A stretch of DNA of 64,000 nucleotides, from positions 105,653 through 169,652 of the forward strand of contig DJWB01000001.1 in NCBI GenBank assembly GCA_002441425.1, read 5' to 3'. This stretch comes from Patescibacteria group bacterium UBA6241 (GTDB taxonomy: Bacteria; Patescibacteriota; Minisyncoccia; Phycocordibacterales; Phycocordibacteraceae). This document shows, piece after piece, positions 49,062 through 59,769 of this stretch; position 1 is the first letter of the stretch; each line of letters opens with the position of its first letter. A program made the translations under genes and the position numbers. A model generated the notes under the pieces. The model ran no database searches. It saw only the letters and a list, made by a program, of their open reading frames with translations, and was not told the origin of the DNA.

Positions 49062-49577
49062 ATGGACCAAGAAGATAGTAAGGCATATTTCCTGCAAATA
49101 TATGATGCATACGCTGACGATATATATCGTTTCTGCTTTTTGAAAGTAAGCTCTCGCGAACTTGCTGAAGATCTCACGCAGGAAGTGTTCACACGATTCT
49201 GGCAAGCAGTACGTGAAGGAACGCATATGCGAAGCGAGCGAGCGCTCCTCTATACCATTGCGCGGAATCTCGTTATTGATTGGTATCGCAAGAAGAAGGA
49301 ACAGTCTCTGGATGTACTCACCGAAAAAGGGATTGAATTCAAAGGAGAGGATCATCACGAAGTTGAACACACTGCGCAGATGCAAGAAACACTCTCAGTT
49401 ATCAACCAACTAGACGATGTCTCCAAGGAAGCTCTCCTTATGCGCTATGTTGAAGGACTTTCTCCTAGGGATATCGCAGGCATAACGGGAGACACAGCAA
49501 ATGCAGTATCAGTTAGAATAAACAGAGCACTCAAGAAAGTTCGTGCAATTATGCACACAGATGAAGTCCATGAATAA
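49062..49577 (+). CDS. ECF sigma-70 factor
   Basis: AEDLTQEVF, LYTIARNLVIDWYR, region 4 HTH. Confidence 0.92.
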   Translation: MDQEDSKAYFLQIYDAYADDIYRFCFLKVSSRELAEDLTQEVFTRFWQAVREGTHMRSERALLYTIARNLVIDWYRKKKEQSLDVLTEKGIEFKGEDHHEVEHTAQMQETLSVINQLDDVSKEALLMRYVEGLSPRDIAGITGDTANAVSVRINRALKKVRAIMHTDEVHE

Positions 49578-50478
49578 GCAAAAAAACATAAAAGAATACT
49601 TGCATACACTTTCCCGCATTACGCTCGGCGAGGGAGCTCGTACACGAATGCGTGTTGCTTTGTCTGAGTATGCAGAGCTCCATGAAGTGCGCGCAGACCA
49701 GAAAGCATCTTCAACCCCATTCCTTTCCTTTTTCTCATACTTCCGTACACGTACGGCAGCAATTTCTGCATTTGCATTTGTACTCGTTGTTGCAACAGGA
49801 ACTCAGGCAACGCTTGCATCAGAGAAGGCACTTCCTGGAGATTTGCTCTATCCAGTTAAAGTCTCCGTGCGCGAGCCTATTGAGCTTGCACTTGCAGCTG
49901 ATGGGGAAGAAAAGGCACAGGTAGCAACCAAGCTTGCGTCAAAACGTGTAGAAGAAATGTCTACGCTTGCAGCAAAAGGAACACTTGATCAGAAAACTGC
50001 CAAATCCCTTGCAAGTCGCTTTGATTCTCATGTGGCCGTTATTGATACAGAAGCAGATTCAATTGAAGCTACCGGAAAGGTGTCTACAGCACTCGCAGTA
50101 CGCACTCTTGCAGAGGCTGATCTAACAGTACGCACTGAAGAGCTTCTGGAAACCGAAGACGAAGAGTTTCGTGCACATGTAGTTGAAAAGACTCGTACGT
50201 TTGGCGCTGAACGCGCGCGTCTTGCGTCTGCGCTCTCAGTGTCTATTGCCTCAACTACAGACCTGAATGAGGTTGCTGATTCAGAGGAAGAGATTGATAT
50301 AGCTATGAGCTTGTCAGCTCACTCAAAGGAGCAGGCAACTACTTCAACGTCAACAGCAACAACGTCCAGTCCAAAGGATTCTGCAGGACAACGAATATTC
50401 AAGGCCTTCTTCTTTAAGGAAAGAGCAGGAACAGAGGATTCAACACAATTCATAAAGAACACAGAGGTCGGGTGGTAA
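49570..50478 (+). CDS. putative anti-sigma membrane protein (DUF5667-like)
   Basis: Overlaps sigma stop; TM then ALPGDLLYPVK. Confidence 0.7.
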   Translation: MNKQKNIKEYLHTLSRITLGEGARTRMRVALSEYAELHEVRADQKASSTPFLSFFSYFRTRTAAISAFAFVLVVATGTQATLASEKALPGDLLYPVKVSVREPIELALAADGEEKAQVATKLASKRVEEMSTLAAKGTLDQKTAKSLASRFDSHVAVIDTEADSIEATGKVSTALAVRTLAEADLTVRTEELLETEDEEFRAHVVEKTRTFGAERARLASALSVSIASTTDLNEVADSEEEIDIAMSLSAHSKEQATTSTSTATTSSPKDSAGQRIFKAFFFKERAGTEDSTQFIKNTEVGW

Positions 50479-50491
50479 GGTCCAAGTTCAT

Positions 50492-50932
50492 ATGGGAATT
50501 CTAATTAAACTGATTTCAGTAGTGCTTGTATTGGCTGCGGGCTATGTATGGATCACCGGACGAATTACAGAAAATCCTGCACCCGTAGTGGTTATACCGA
50601 GCTCCTCTCTTTCTGCGGGCGCCATGCTTTCGCTTGAGCCTGACACAGGTGTGTTTGATGAGCAGGGCACCGTGCTCATAGACACAAGTCAGGGGCTTCC
50701 TGGGAGACCCTTTCTTCTCTACACCACATACACTGAGGGAGGAAAGCCACAGGTTAAAACTAAGCGGCTTGTGTTTGAGAACCAAGACTCATGTGCACAA
50801 GAGAATCTCCCATGTTCAACTCAGCAACCAGCAGCCCCTGTTGTAGCTGAGGAAGAAATACGCGTAGTAGGTATTCGGGATGGAGATACCGTAAAGGTAG
50901 AGCGTATATATAGAAATCCCTCTTCTCAATAG
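50492..50932 (+). CDS. membrane-anchored hypothetical protein
   Basis: N-terminal TM, 146 aa. Confidence 0.7.
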   Translation: MGILIKLISVVLVLAAGYVWITGRITENPAPVVVIPSSSLSAGAMLSLEPDTGVFDEQGTVLIDTSQGLPGRPFLLYTTYTEGGKPQVKTKRLVFENQDSCAQENLPCSTQQPAAPVVAEEEIRVVGIRDGDTVKVERIYRNPSSQ

Positions 50933-50964
50933 AACCTTGAATCAGTATCGCGTATACTAGGCGT

Positions 50965-51645
50965 ATGAATAAGACGTCCTTCATAGTTTTTCTCATTCTC
51001 ATCTTGGGTATTGCAGGAGGAGTTGTATGGTATCTCGTTGATACAAGTTCAAAGTCTTTGGGCACCGAGAACACAGTAGTAGTCTCTGTACCAACTCTGA
51101 ATGAAAGTAAAGCCATTTATACAAATGGTATTTATGGATTTACACTCTTGTATCCAGAAGATTCTGTAGTTAACTACGAGTTTAGTACTTCCTATCACTT
51201 GCCTGCACAGTGGCGCGCAAACGCTGATCCTGCAGTTTCAGGAAAGCATATTGTTGAAGTAGTTCCCTATAGCACTGAAAGTGATCACTCATACCCGCGA
51301 CACTACACTGCATTAGTGCGCATTGGTGCAAGCAATGATCCTGAGACTGTAAAGACATGTCTCCAAGCTTCAAAGGATCAGGGAGAAGTTGAGCTCGCTG
51401 ATGTGGAGCTCAATGGAACTACCTTTAAAGCATTTTCATTCCAGAATGCTGGCATGATGCAGTATGTGGAGGGAGTTTCCTACAGAACAGTGCACGAAGA
51501 TCAGTGTATTGCTCTTGAGAAGATTCGTACGGGATCAAGCTATCGTGACGACGCAGAAAGTCCTGATGATGTACCACAGGAGACGCTAGATGCTATGTAT
51601 GCAAGCCTTGATGAGATAGTGCAGAGCTTCAGGTTTGCGCGGTAG
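50965..51645 (+). CDS. membrane-anchored hypothetical protein (PsbP-like ends)
   Basis: YTNGIYGFTLLYP ... IVQSFRF. Confidence 0.7.
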   Translation: MNKTSFIVFLILILGIAGGVVWYLVDTSSKSLGTENTVVVSVPTLNESKAIYTNGIYGFTLLYPEDSVVNYEFSTSYHLPAQWRANADPAVSGKHIVEVVPYSTESDHSYPRHYTALVRIGASNDPETVKTCLQASKDQGEVELADVELNGTTFKAFSFQNAGMMQYVEGVSYRTVHEDQCIALEKIRTGSSYRDDAESPDDVPQETLDAMYASLDEIVQSFRFAR

Positions 51646-51687
51646 GAGCCCCTTGACTTTTCCTGCATATAGTTATATTATATATAG

Positions 51688-52632
51688 GTGGAACGGATTC
51701 ATACAATTGTTCTGCCAACAAGACCGCAGCCAGACACATTGGTGGCGATTTTCCTGTTGCGTACCTTTGGAAAGGCTCAGTTTGAGGGTATTGAGACTGC
51801 AGCGCTTAAGATAGACCCTACGCCGCAAGCGCAGAGTTTTGAGGAGGCGCGCAACTCAGGACTTCTCCTTATTGATATCGGGGGAGGCCCTCTAGACCAT
51901 CACGGGTCTGATACGTGTGCTTCAGAGCTCGTTGCCAAGTTGCTTGCCATTGAAACAGATCCTTCTATCAAGAAGCTTCTTGCGTACGCAAAGCGAGATG
52001 ATTCAGAAGGAAAGGGAACTCTCTCAACTGATCCTCTAGATAGGGCTTTCGGCTTGTCTGGACTTATCTCTTCACTTAACAAGCAGTATCCAAAGGATGC
52101 TCAGAAGATTAGTGAAATAGTTATGCCACTCCTTGAGGCACACTATGTTGCTGCTCGTGAGCACCATGTTGAACTTCCACAGGATGTTGAGGAGAAAAAG
52201 AAGAAGGGAGAGTATACAGAGGAAACAATTCGCCAGGGAACAAAAAAGTTGAAGATTGTATTCGTTGTTTCAGATAAGCCTTCAATGCCAACATACCTGC
52301 GCTCATGGAATGGAGCTCGCGCTGACGTAGTTGTGCAGAAGGCAGAGAATTCGTCTCGCACCTGTGTCATTACAAAGCAGGATACTCATGTAGATCTGAC
52401 TGCTGTTGCTGCACTCGTGCGCATGCGTGAAGCAGAACTTCGTGGAATTACACTCACTGCTTCAGAGAATGATCTCTTCTCTACAGGAAGAGTAGATGAA
52501 CTTTCCAACTGGTATTTGGATCCTGCCACAAACTCACTCCTAAATACTGGGAATGAGCAGGACAATACCCACATTCAGTGGGGAGAGTTTATGCAGATTG
52601 TGCGCAAGGGTCTCGGACTACAGTTCTCGTAG
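51688..52632 (+). CDS. hypothetical protein, DHH-like motif
   Basis: PQPD, IDIGGGPLDHH. Confidence 0.65.
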   Translation: MERIHTIVLPTRPQPDTLVAIFLLRTFGKAQFEGIETAALKIDPTPQAQSFEEARNSGLLLIDIGGGPLDHHGSDTCASELVAKLLAIETDPSIKKLLAYAKRDDSEGKGTLSTDPLDRAFGLSGLISSLNKQYPKDAQKISEIVMPLLEAHYVAAREHHVELPQDVEEKKKKGEYTEETIRQGTKKLKIVFVVSDKPSMPTYLRSWNGARADVVVQKAENSSRTCVITKQDTHVDLTAVAALVRMREAELRGITLTASENDLFSTGRVDELSNWYLDPATNSLLNTGNEQDNTHIQWGEFMQIVRKGLGLQFS

Positions 52633-52745
52633 TGATTCGCCTATTGAACTTAACTTCGGTTGAGTTTGATAATTCGGACCACTGCTCTTTTCAGCAGCAT
52701 AGTTTAACTTAGGTGGGCCAAAAGCGCCCAAGAAGGAGACTGAAG

Positions 52746-53897
52746 ATGCGTGCTCAACAAAAAGTTGCCCTGTCGGACAACACCTATTCGCGTGTTTTCC
52801 CGACCAACTGCGGACTGGACCTGTGTTTTTCGGTTCAGATTCGCATCGGCGAGGAAGATGACGGCAGGAACTGGAAATCCTGCTCCATCAACAACGAGAC
52901 CGGCCTGATCAACATTCCCGCTGAACACCTCTGGGGTTCGGTGGAGAGCGTCGGCCAGGCCCATCGCCGAAAGGATCGTCTGGTGACTGCGCTGCGGGCG
53001 AGCGTTCGTTTCAAGCGTACGCCCGGCCGCCAGGTGCTCGTCACCCAACGACCCGGGAACAAGGAGTACAAGGTGATCCGCTACGAATCGTCGCGAGACG
53101 AATCGTTCCGCATCTGCAAGCTCCCTGCGACTGACGTTCGCTTCACGTCGCGGGGCAAGGGCATGCAGATCGCAGAACAGCGCGGACCCGTGGCGGTCAT
53201 GACGGCGAATAACCGTCATGAAGGCCTCGGAACCAACCGCACTGACATCTGGATCGCCGACAAGCACGGCAAACTGCAGCTGGTGCAACTGATCATCCTC
53301 ACTGATGACGACGGCAAGAGCTTCCGGCTCGTCGCTCTGAATCGGTGGGCCGGCCAGGTGCACCGCCTGCAAGAAGCTGCGCCGTACGAAGCGCAGATGT
53401 ACGAGGAAGTGTTCAAGCTTCCCGAAGTCATGGAGCTGGCGGAAAGGGTGACCTTTGTGCCGGCGGATAACCATCCGGGTTTTGACGTCAGAGCGCAAGC
53501 TCTGGAGCTCAGCACCCTCCGCAACTACCTGCGGGCCAATCTGGAGGAATTTCCTTCGGCCGACGGCAAGAAGCGCAACTATCCGGTTCGCCGGAATGTG
53601 GGCTTCGGCATGACGGGCGGCGGCGGCATCGTGGCTTTCTATGCTCCCGACATCGGGTGCGGAGGCTGGGGTCTCGTTGAACAACCGCAGGACGACGGAA
53701 CGGCGAAGAAGTTCCAGATTCGGCAGAGCTGCATTTCCAAGTTCGGAATCATCGACGGCCAGGAGAGCAGTCTCCTCACCGACGATGGAATCCTGGACAT
53801 CCAGATGGGTGACATCGTCACCTGGACGGACGTCAAGGATATGGGACCGGATCATCCGCCTCTCATTCTGGACGCCAAGATCGCCTACGCTGCCTAA
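52746..53897 (+). CDS. GC-rich hypothetical protein
   Basis: AAGGAG RBS, strong GC3 bias, downstream hairpin with T run. Confidence 0.7.
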   Translation: MRAQQKVALSDNTYSRVFPTNCGLDLCFSVQIRIGEEDDGRNWKSCSINNETGLINIPAEHLWGSVESVGQAHRRKDRLVTALRASVRFKRTPGRQVLVTQRPGNKEYKVIRYESSRDESFRICKLPATDVRFTSRGKGMQIAEQRGPVAVMTANNRHEGLGTNRTDIWIADKHGKLQLVQLIILTDDDGKSFRLVALNRWAGQVHRLQEAAPYEAQMYEEVFKLPEVMELAERVTFVPADNHPGFDVRAQALELSTLRNYLRANLEEFPSADGKKRNYPVRRNVGFGMTGGGGIVAFYAPDIGCGGWGLVEQPQDDGTAKKFQIRQSCISKFGIIDGQESSLLTDDGILDIQMGDIVTWTDVKDMGPDHPPLILDAKIAYAA

Positions 53898-54027
53898 GAA
53901 ACTATGCTCAAACTTGCCCCGCGTGACCTGTAACAAGGTTCCGCGGGGTATTTTTTTATGCACTGTATTCATGAACAGTTCATATAAAAGAGGTATGCTT
54001 AGAGTGTTACAGATAAGACCAAACCTC

Positions 54028-54360
54028 ATGACACTATTTCACTGGCTTATAACCGCACTTGCTATAGGAATTGCCGCCTACCTTATTCCTGGTATTCAGG
54101 TAACACCTATCGGTGCTCTCGTTCTCGCTATTGTGCTTGCAGTTATTAACATCTTCTTTAAGCCGATTATTGGTCTGCTTACGCTTCCAATTAACATCGT
54201 TACACTCGGTCTCTTCTCCCTTGTTGTAAACGCACTTCTCATCATGCTCGCAGGAGTAATTGTTCCTGGTTTTGTAGTCTCAGGATTCTGGGCTGCGTTC
54301 TTCTTCTCCATTGTTGTTTCGCTTGTCACCGCACTCTTTGGTTCATTAAAGAAAGATTAG
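54028..54360 (+). CDS. phage holin family 4-TM membrane protein (YvlD/DUF360-like)
   Basis: KPI..LLTLPINIVTLGLFSLVVNA. Confidence 0.85.
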   Translation: MTLFHWLITALAIGIAAYLIPGIQVTPIGALVLAIVLAVINIFFKPIIGLLTLPINIVTLGLFSLVVNALLIMLAGVIVPGFVVSGFWAAFFFSIVVSLVTALFGSLKKD

Positions 54361-54421
54361 TTCTTTCTTTATCCTCTATAAAATCAACAACACGTAGTGT
54401 AGTGCCGTATACTACTAAGTA

Positions 54422-57160
54422 ATGGAGGGTCCAATACGTCACGTAGCAAGTCCCGAGGACGAGCTGGAATATCTGCGTGCGCAAATCGCCGCAAAGGAGG
54501 CTGAACTGGAGTCTCTTAAAAAAGATCGTCCCCGAGAAGAAATTGCACATGAGCGAATCTTGCACCATCGCATGAGCGATGGTGAGCAGGTGCTTGCCCC
54601 GCACTACAAACTTAGTGAGAGCGAAGCACAAAAGCATGCGGAGGCTTTGGTGCTCAATCTAGATCCAGAAGAAAATGACGCAACTATTAGTGAGTTGCGA
54701 GGCGTAATGGAGGAAAAGGGAATCCATAATGCCTTTACAATCCTTTCAAAGCTCAACAATCCGCACCTGGACGACGATTTCCATAGATTCTTAGTGCAAT
54801 ACCTTGTTGCAGGCATGCAACCAAAAGGGCTCTCAGATAAGCAACCTGAGTGGAAAGCACTCAGAATGACACTGTATGAGGTAGCACTTCCAGAACCTGA
54901 GAAAGATACTGATTCTCGTGCTCGTTCACTCAAAGAGCTTATCTCCTCAATGGAGCAGTTTTATTCGGGAATGCTTGGCGTTGAACACGCGGGCATGGGA
55001 GAGCCTGCATACTTTACCGTTGAGCTTGCAGTCCCTGTTGATGCCTCGCACCTCATGTTTTATGCAGCAGTGCCAAACACACGCAAAGACCTGTTTGAAA
55101 AACAGCTCCTCGCTATTTTCCCTGATGCAGTTATCGCGACTCAGCCTAATGACTACAATGTCTTTACAGAAGGAGGCTCAGCTCTTGCAAGTGTCGCTAC
55201 CTTTAAAGATAAAGCGATGCTCCCACTCAAGGACTATCAGGACTTTGATTACGATCCATTGAATTCAATTTTGAATGCCTTTGCAAAGATTGCCCCAGAA
55301 GATGAAGGAGCAGCGATTCAGATAATCTTTAAACCAGAAGGAAACAAGTACGTTGAGCACTACAAGCGAATATTGCATGCTCTCAGACAAGGAGAACACC
55401 GCTCTCGCGCATTTACGCTTCCTGAAACATTTGTAGGGGATTTGGCACGCGAGGCTGCGGGACTCTTTATAACTCCAAAGAAGCAAGGAAAAACTGAACC
55501 TGTAGATCAGACTGCAGTTGAGATGGTTGAGAAGAAGATCAGTGCTTCTATAGTTGCTACCAATATACGAATTGCAGCATCTTCTCAAAGCGAAGCCAGA
55601 ACACAGCAGATATTGAGTGAGCTTGAAGCTGCATTTAATCAGTTTGACTTGCCTACAGGAAATAGGCTTGAGTTCTTGCGACCAAACCGAGCAGGACAAA
55701 AGCAGCTTTTGAGAGACTACTCTTTCAGGCTGTACAGAACGGCAACAACACTTCCTCTCTCTTTGCGAGAGCTAACTTCCCTGTATCACTTCCCGCCTCA
55801 AGGCATAGAATCTTCTCCGCACCTCAAGCAGTCTCGCTTTGCATCTGCTGCAGCGCCTGTGGGACTTCCTAAAGAGGGTATTTCTCTTGGTACTAATTCA
55901 TACAGAGGACAAGCAACAGACGTCCGCCTTTCAGACGAGGATAGATTGAGACACTTGTACGTTATTGGACAGACAGGAACAGGAAAGACTGGCTTCCTAA
56001 AGACCCTTATTGAGCAAGACATTCGTGATGGAAAGGGTGTGTGCTTTATTGATCCTCACGGAAACGACATTCTGGATGTACTCGCTATGATTCCTCCAGA
56101 GCGATACGAGGATGTTATTTACTTTGACCCGGCGTACATAGATCGTCCGGTTGGACTCAATCTTCTTGAGTACGATCCCGCACATCCTGAGCAAAAGACA
56201 TTTATCGTAAATGAGATTCTCGCTATCTTTAGACGTCTGTATGGAGATGTACCGGAGTCCATGGGCCCTGCCTTTGAGCAGTACTTTAGAAATGCAACGC
56301 TCCTTATTATGGAAGACCCTGCATCAGGCTCAACATTGCTTGATATTGCACGCGTGCTTTCTAACCAGGAGTTTAGAAACTTGAAGCTTGCGAGAAGCAA
56401 CAATCCTGTGGTGAATCAATTCTGGCAGGAGATTGCGACTAAGGCAGAGGGTGAAGCAAGTCTTCAGAATATTGTTCCGTATATCACTAACAAGTTTGAT
56501 GACTTCAGTGCAAATGACTTTATGCGCCCTATTGTAGGACAGCAGCATAGCTCCTTTAACTTTAGGGAGATCATGGATAATAAGAAGATCTTGCTTGTGA
56601 ATCTCTCAAAGGGACGACTTGGCGAGCGCAATGCAAACCTGCTTGGACTCATTATTATCGGGAAGCTCTTCATGGCAGCGCTTTCTCGTGCAGATGATCC
56701 GCGCGGAAACTTCCCTCCGTTCTATCTATATGTTGATGAGTTCCAGAACATCACCACCGATTCAATTCCAGGCATTCTCTCTGAAGCTCGCAAGTACAAA
56801 CTGTCTATGACTATGGCGCACCAGTTCCTCGCGCAGGTTGATGACAAGATACGAGATGCAGTGTTTGGAAACGTTGGATCTATGGCAGTATTCCGTGTTG
56901 GACAGGAAGATGGGGAATTCTTTGAGAAGTTATTTGACCCAACCTTCACAGCTCTTGATTTCACCAATATAGAAAACAGAAATGCGTATCTGAAACTCCT
57001 TGCGAATGGAGTCCCACAAAAGCCATTCAATATAAAAACTAGGAATCTTGAGGAGGGCAACCTCGCCCAGGTAGATGACTTACGAGAACTCTCGTATCTT
57101 ACCTATGGACGAGAGCGTGCTACAGTTGAAGATACTATTAGAGCCCGATACCTGTCATAA
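54422..57160 (+). CDS. VirD4/TraD/HerA-like ATPase
   Basis: RHLYVIGQTGTGKT, FIDPHG, LYVDEFQ, SEARKY, AHQ, FGNVGS. Confidence 0.88.
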   Translation: MEGPIRHVASPEDELEYLRAQIAAKEAELESLKKDRPREEIAHERILHHRMSDGEQVLAPHYKLSESEAQKHAEALVLNLDPEENDATISELRGVMEEKGIHNAFTILSKLNNPHLDDDFHRFLVQYLVAGMQPKGLSDKQPEWKALRMTLYEVALPEPEKDTDSRARSLKELISSMEQFYSGMLGVEHAGMGEPAYFTVELAVPVDASHLMFYAAVPNTRKDLFEKQLLAIFPDAVIATQPNDYNVFTEGGSALASVATFKDKAMLPLKDYQDFDYDPLNSILNAFAKIAPEDEGAAIQIIFKPEGNKYVEHYKRILHALRQGEHRSRAFTLPETFVGDLAREAAGLFITPKKQGKTEPVDQTAVEMVEKKISASIVATNIRIAASSQSEARTQQILSELEAAFNQFDLPTGNRLEFLRPNRAGQKQLLRDYSFRLYRTATTLPLSLRELTSLYHFPPQGIESSPHLKQSRFASAAAPVGLPKEGISLGTNSYRGQATDVRLSDEDRLRHLYVIGQTGTGKTGFLKTLIEQDIRDGKGVCFIDPHGNDILDVLAMIPPERYEDVIYFDPAYIDRPVGLNLLEYDPAHPEQKTFIVNEILAIFRRLYGDVPESMGPAFEQYFRNATLLIMEDPASGSTLLDIARVLSNQEFRNLKLARSNNPVVNQFWQEIATKAEGEASLQNIVPYITNKFDDFSANDFMRPIVGQQHSSFNFREIMDNKKILLVNLSKGRLGERNANLLGLIIIGKLFMAALSRADDPRGNFPPFYLYVDEFQNITTDSIPGILSEARKYKLSMTMAHQFLAQVDDKIRDAVFGNVGSMAVFRVGQEDGEFFEKLFDPTFTALDFTNIENRNAYLKLLANGVPQKPFNIKTRNLEEGNLAQVDDLRELSYLTYGRERATVEDTIRARYLS

Positions 57161-57171
57161 CTAACCTTTAT

Positions 57172-59760
57172 ATGACCGCTGAAAAACCGCCACGTTCAAG
57201 TGCTTCAAGTGAGGATAGAGAGAAGGAGCTTCGCTCTAAGCTGGATCGTCTTGAGGACGAAGGTCAGCGCTCTTCAGAGGGCTCATATCGCGGCGCAAGC
57301 AGAGAGCGAGGCGGCTTGGAGAATGAGGCGGTAGAGGCAGAACAAGAGCTCAGAGCACTTGAGACAACAAGGCATACAGAAGGAAGGAAACAAGAGATTA
57401 GGGCAAAGCTTGCACGTCTTGAAAACGAAGGGCAAAGATCTTCTGACTCTAAGTACCGTGGCGCAAGCAGAGAGCGTTCAGGTCTTGAAGGAGAAGTTCT
57501 GGAACTTGAGGATGAACTACGTACCCTTGAGGGAGGAAAGCCTCGTGCAGACAAAACTGCAGCTGAGCTCCGCGAAGAGCTAAAGGCTGGAGTTGAAGAG
57601 TTGAGTGCCATAAGCAGCGAGACGCCAGAGAAGACTGAAACTCCTAAGGAAGTTGAAAAGGCTCCAGAAGCTGCAGCTGCTCCGCAACCTGAAGCAACTA
57701 AATCTTCAATTGAAGATCAGCAGGCGCGTATTCGCGCTCTCGCGCTTGGAAACCGTGGTCCTGAGGCTATGGATAGAATGGAGAAAGAGCTTGGTGTAGG
57801 ACTTCGTACCAGCAAAGAATTTTATAAGCACAGTGCTCCTTTGGCTGAGAAGATGCTTACGAGCGAGAAGGCTTTCCTTGATGCGCTCCGCGCACAGCAA
57901 AAATCAAGAAATACGCTTGGCGTCATGGGAGATAATATTCTTGGACAAAGAAACCATCCTCCTGAGATTCAAGCACTTCGTGATGCATGGGTTAAGGATC
58001 GCGCAGATTACGCGAGATATCTAAATGCTTCAGCAGAAGTTCGTCACCACGATCGCGGCATTGATAACCCAAAGAGAAAGAAGTTTGATCGCGACGAGGT
58101 ACTCGCTCGCTATCAGCGACGCTTCACTGCACGAGAAGTTGTACTCGGTGCTGAAGAGGCAGAGGTACGCGCACGAAAAGAAGGATTGGATAGTAGGGAA
58201 AAGGGTTGGCTCGGCAAAGCATTTGATGGATACAAGAGTAAGGCACAGTGGGTTCGTGTACTTACTTCATCAGCGCTCCTTACAGGAAGCATCATTGCAG
58301 TTGCGGGAGGCGCAACAATAGGGCTTCCTCTTGTACTCGGTGCAGCATCAGTACTTACCGCAGCAGCAGCACTTAGAGCAAAGAGCGGCAGTAAGAGTGA
58401 AGCGTTCTTTGCAGGAGCTTCAATTGCCGGAGTATTCGGACTTGTTGGAGACAAGGCTGTTCGTGGAGCACACTGGCTCTTTGGTACGCAGAAGAAAGCA
58501 GACGCAAAGATTGCGCAAAGAGCAGGTCTCGGCAACCTTGGAGATGTCTCCAATCTTGGAGCTGTATCAGTAGGCCGAAGACATGCGCTAAACACACAGT
58601 CCCGCATTGATTTGCAGGCTCGCTATGCTCGTCTTGGTGCAGCAATAGTTGGAGGAATGGAGGCAGGACACATGCTCGCAGAGCATGGCCCGCAGCTTGG
58701 AGGACATGAGAATGCAGCTGTATCTGGAGTGGCACCTACTCCAGAAGTTAAGGATGTAACTCTTGCTGTAGGCGGAGACATCAATAATGCAGACCAGCTT
58801 GTTGGTCACTTTGGAAGGGATCTCTTGCAGGAGTATCCGGACGCTGATACTGCTCCTCCTGCAGTACAAACTTTATATCGCATGCTCGGAGAGAAAGACG
58901 GACACATTAATCTTATGACCGGAGAGGATCCTGCTACTCTTGAGTTTGGGTTCCAAGATCCTGATCAGTACAGCACGATTATGCATAATGGAAACGAGAT
59001 TAGATTTCATGATGGATTAATTCAATACAAAGAGTTCAATGAAAGTGAGTGGAGAACGCTAGTTCGTGAAGACGGTGAATTAAATGTAGGAGCGGTTGAT
59101 GATTTGGACAAGATGAATTTGCAAGGAGAAATCAGGGACGGTTCTCCGGTTGAGTCTGAACCTATTGTAAACGAGGAACCAGTACCTGCTCAGCCAACAG
59201 AAACAGTTAGAGCTGAAACTGAAACCGCGACCCAGGAACCACGTGCTGAGGTCCGCGCTGAGACACCACCTGCGGAATCTACACCAACAGAAAATGCTTC
59301 AACTCCTGAGCAGACTAACGTAAGAACTGTTGAGGAAGAGAATGAGATCACAAGGAATGCAAATCTCGCTCAAGCTGAGAGTGCTGCACAAGCAAATGCT
59401 GCAATTGCACATGAGCAGGCACTACGAGAAGCAGCTAACTCAACTCCTGCTGCGTCTGCTGTTGAAGCCTCTGCTTCAGCCCCAGACCTAGTTGAGGCCC
59501 ATGTATATGGAGTGCCAAATGAAAACTTCTATCAGGCATATGGAGGAACATTTGAGGAGTTACAGAAGACTGCACAGGATCTTGCTTTGGATTCAGGAAG
59601 AACCGTATTCATTGATGCGTCATACCAAGATTCACTTGGGGAGACAGTTGTGCGTTCTCTTGGCTTTGAACCAGATGGCACGGGAGGTGTACGTATGATT
59701 GTTACTGAAGACCCGAGGTTCGCAGTGCGTCCTGACAACTTTACAAGCGTCATTCGCTAA
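57172..59760 (+). CDS. large hypothetical membrane protein with N-terminal tandem repeat
   Basis: Two ~45-aa repeats (EGQRSS...YRGASRER), central hydrophobic helices, acidic Pro/Ala-rich C-half. Confidence 0.8.
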   Translation: MTAEKPPRSSASSEDREKELRSKLDRLEDEGQRSSEGSYRGASRERGGLENEAVEAEQELRALETTRHTEGRKQEIRAKLARLENEGQRSSDSKYRGASRERSGLEGEVLELEDELRTLEGGKPRADKTAAELREELKAGVEELSAISSETPEKTETPKEVEKAPEAAAAPQPEATKSSIEDQQARIRALALGNRGPEAMDRMEKELGVGLRTSKEFYKHSAPLAEKMLTSEKAFLDALRAQQKSRNTLGVMGDNILGQRNHPPEIQALRDAWVKDRADYARYLNASAEVRHHDRGIDNPKRKKFDRDEVLARYQRRFTAREVVLGAEEAEVRARKEGLDSREKGWLGKAFDGYKSKAQWVRVLTSSALLTGSIIAVAGGATIGLPLVLGAASVLTAAAALRAKSGSKSEAFFAGASIAGVFGLVGDKAVRGAHWLFGTQKKADAKIAQRAGLGNLGDVSNLGAVSVGRRHALNTQSRIDLQARYARLGAAIVGGMEAGHMLAEHGPQLGGHENAAVSGVAPTPEVKDVTLAVGGDINNADQLVGHFGRDLLQEYPDADTAPPAVQTLYRMLGEKDGHINLMTGEDPATLEFGFQDPDQYSTIMHNGNEIRFHDGLIQYKEFNESEWRTLVREDGELNVGAVDDLDKMNLQGEIRDGSPVESEPIVNEEPVPAQPTETVRAETETATQEPRAEVRAETPPAESTPTENASTPEQTNVRTVEEENEITRNANLAQAESAAQANAAIAHEQALREAANSTPAASAVEASASAPDLVEAHVYGVPNENFYQAYGGTFEELQKTAQDLALDSGRTVFIDASYQDSLGETVVRSLGFEPDGTGGVRMIVTEDPRFAVRPDNFTSVIR

Positions 59761-59769
59761 TCAGACTAT

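Noticed and set aside
52704-54029. 441-aa minus-strand ORF
   Set aside because: Antisense shadow of the GC3-biased plus-strand gene, which has the RBS and terminator.
54028-54360. Prophage suggested by holin-family gene
   Set aside because: Common stand-alone membrane family; no phage structural, replication or lysin genes nearby.
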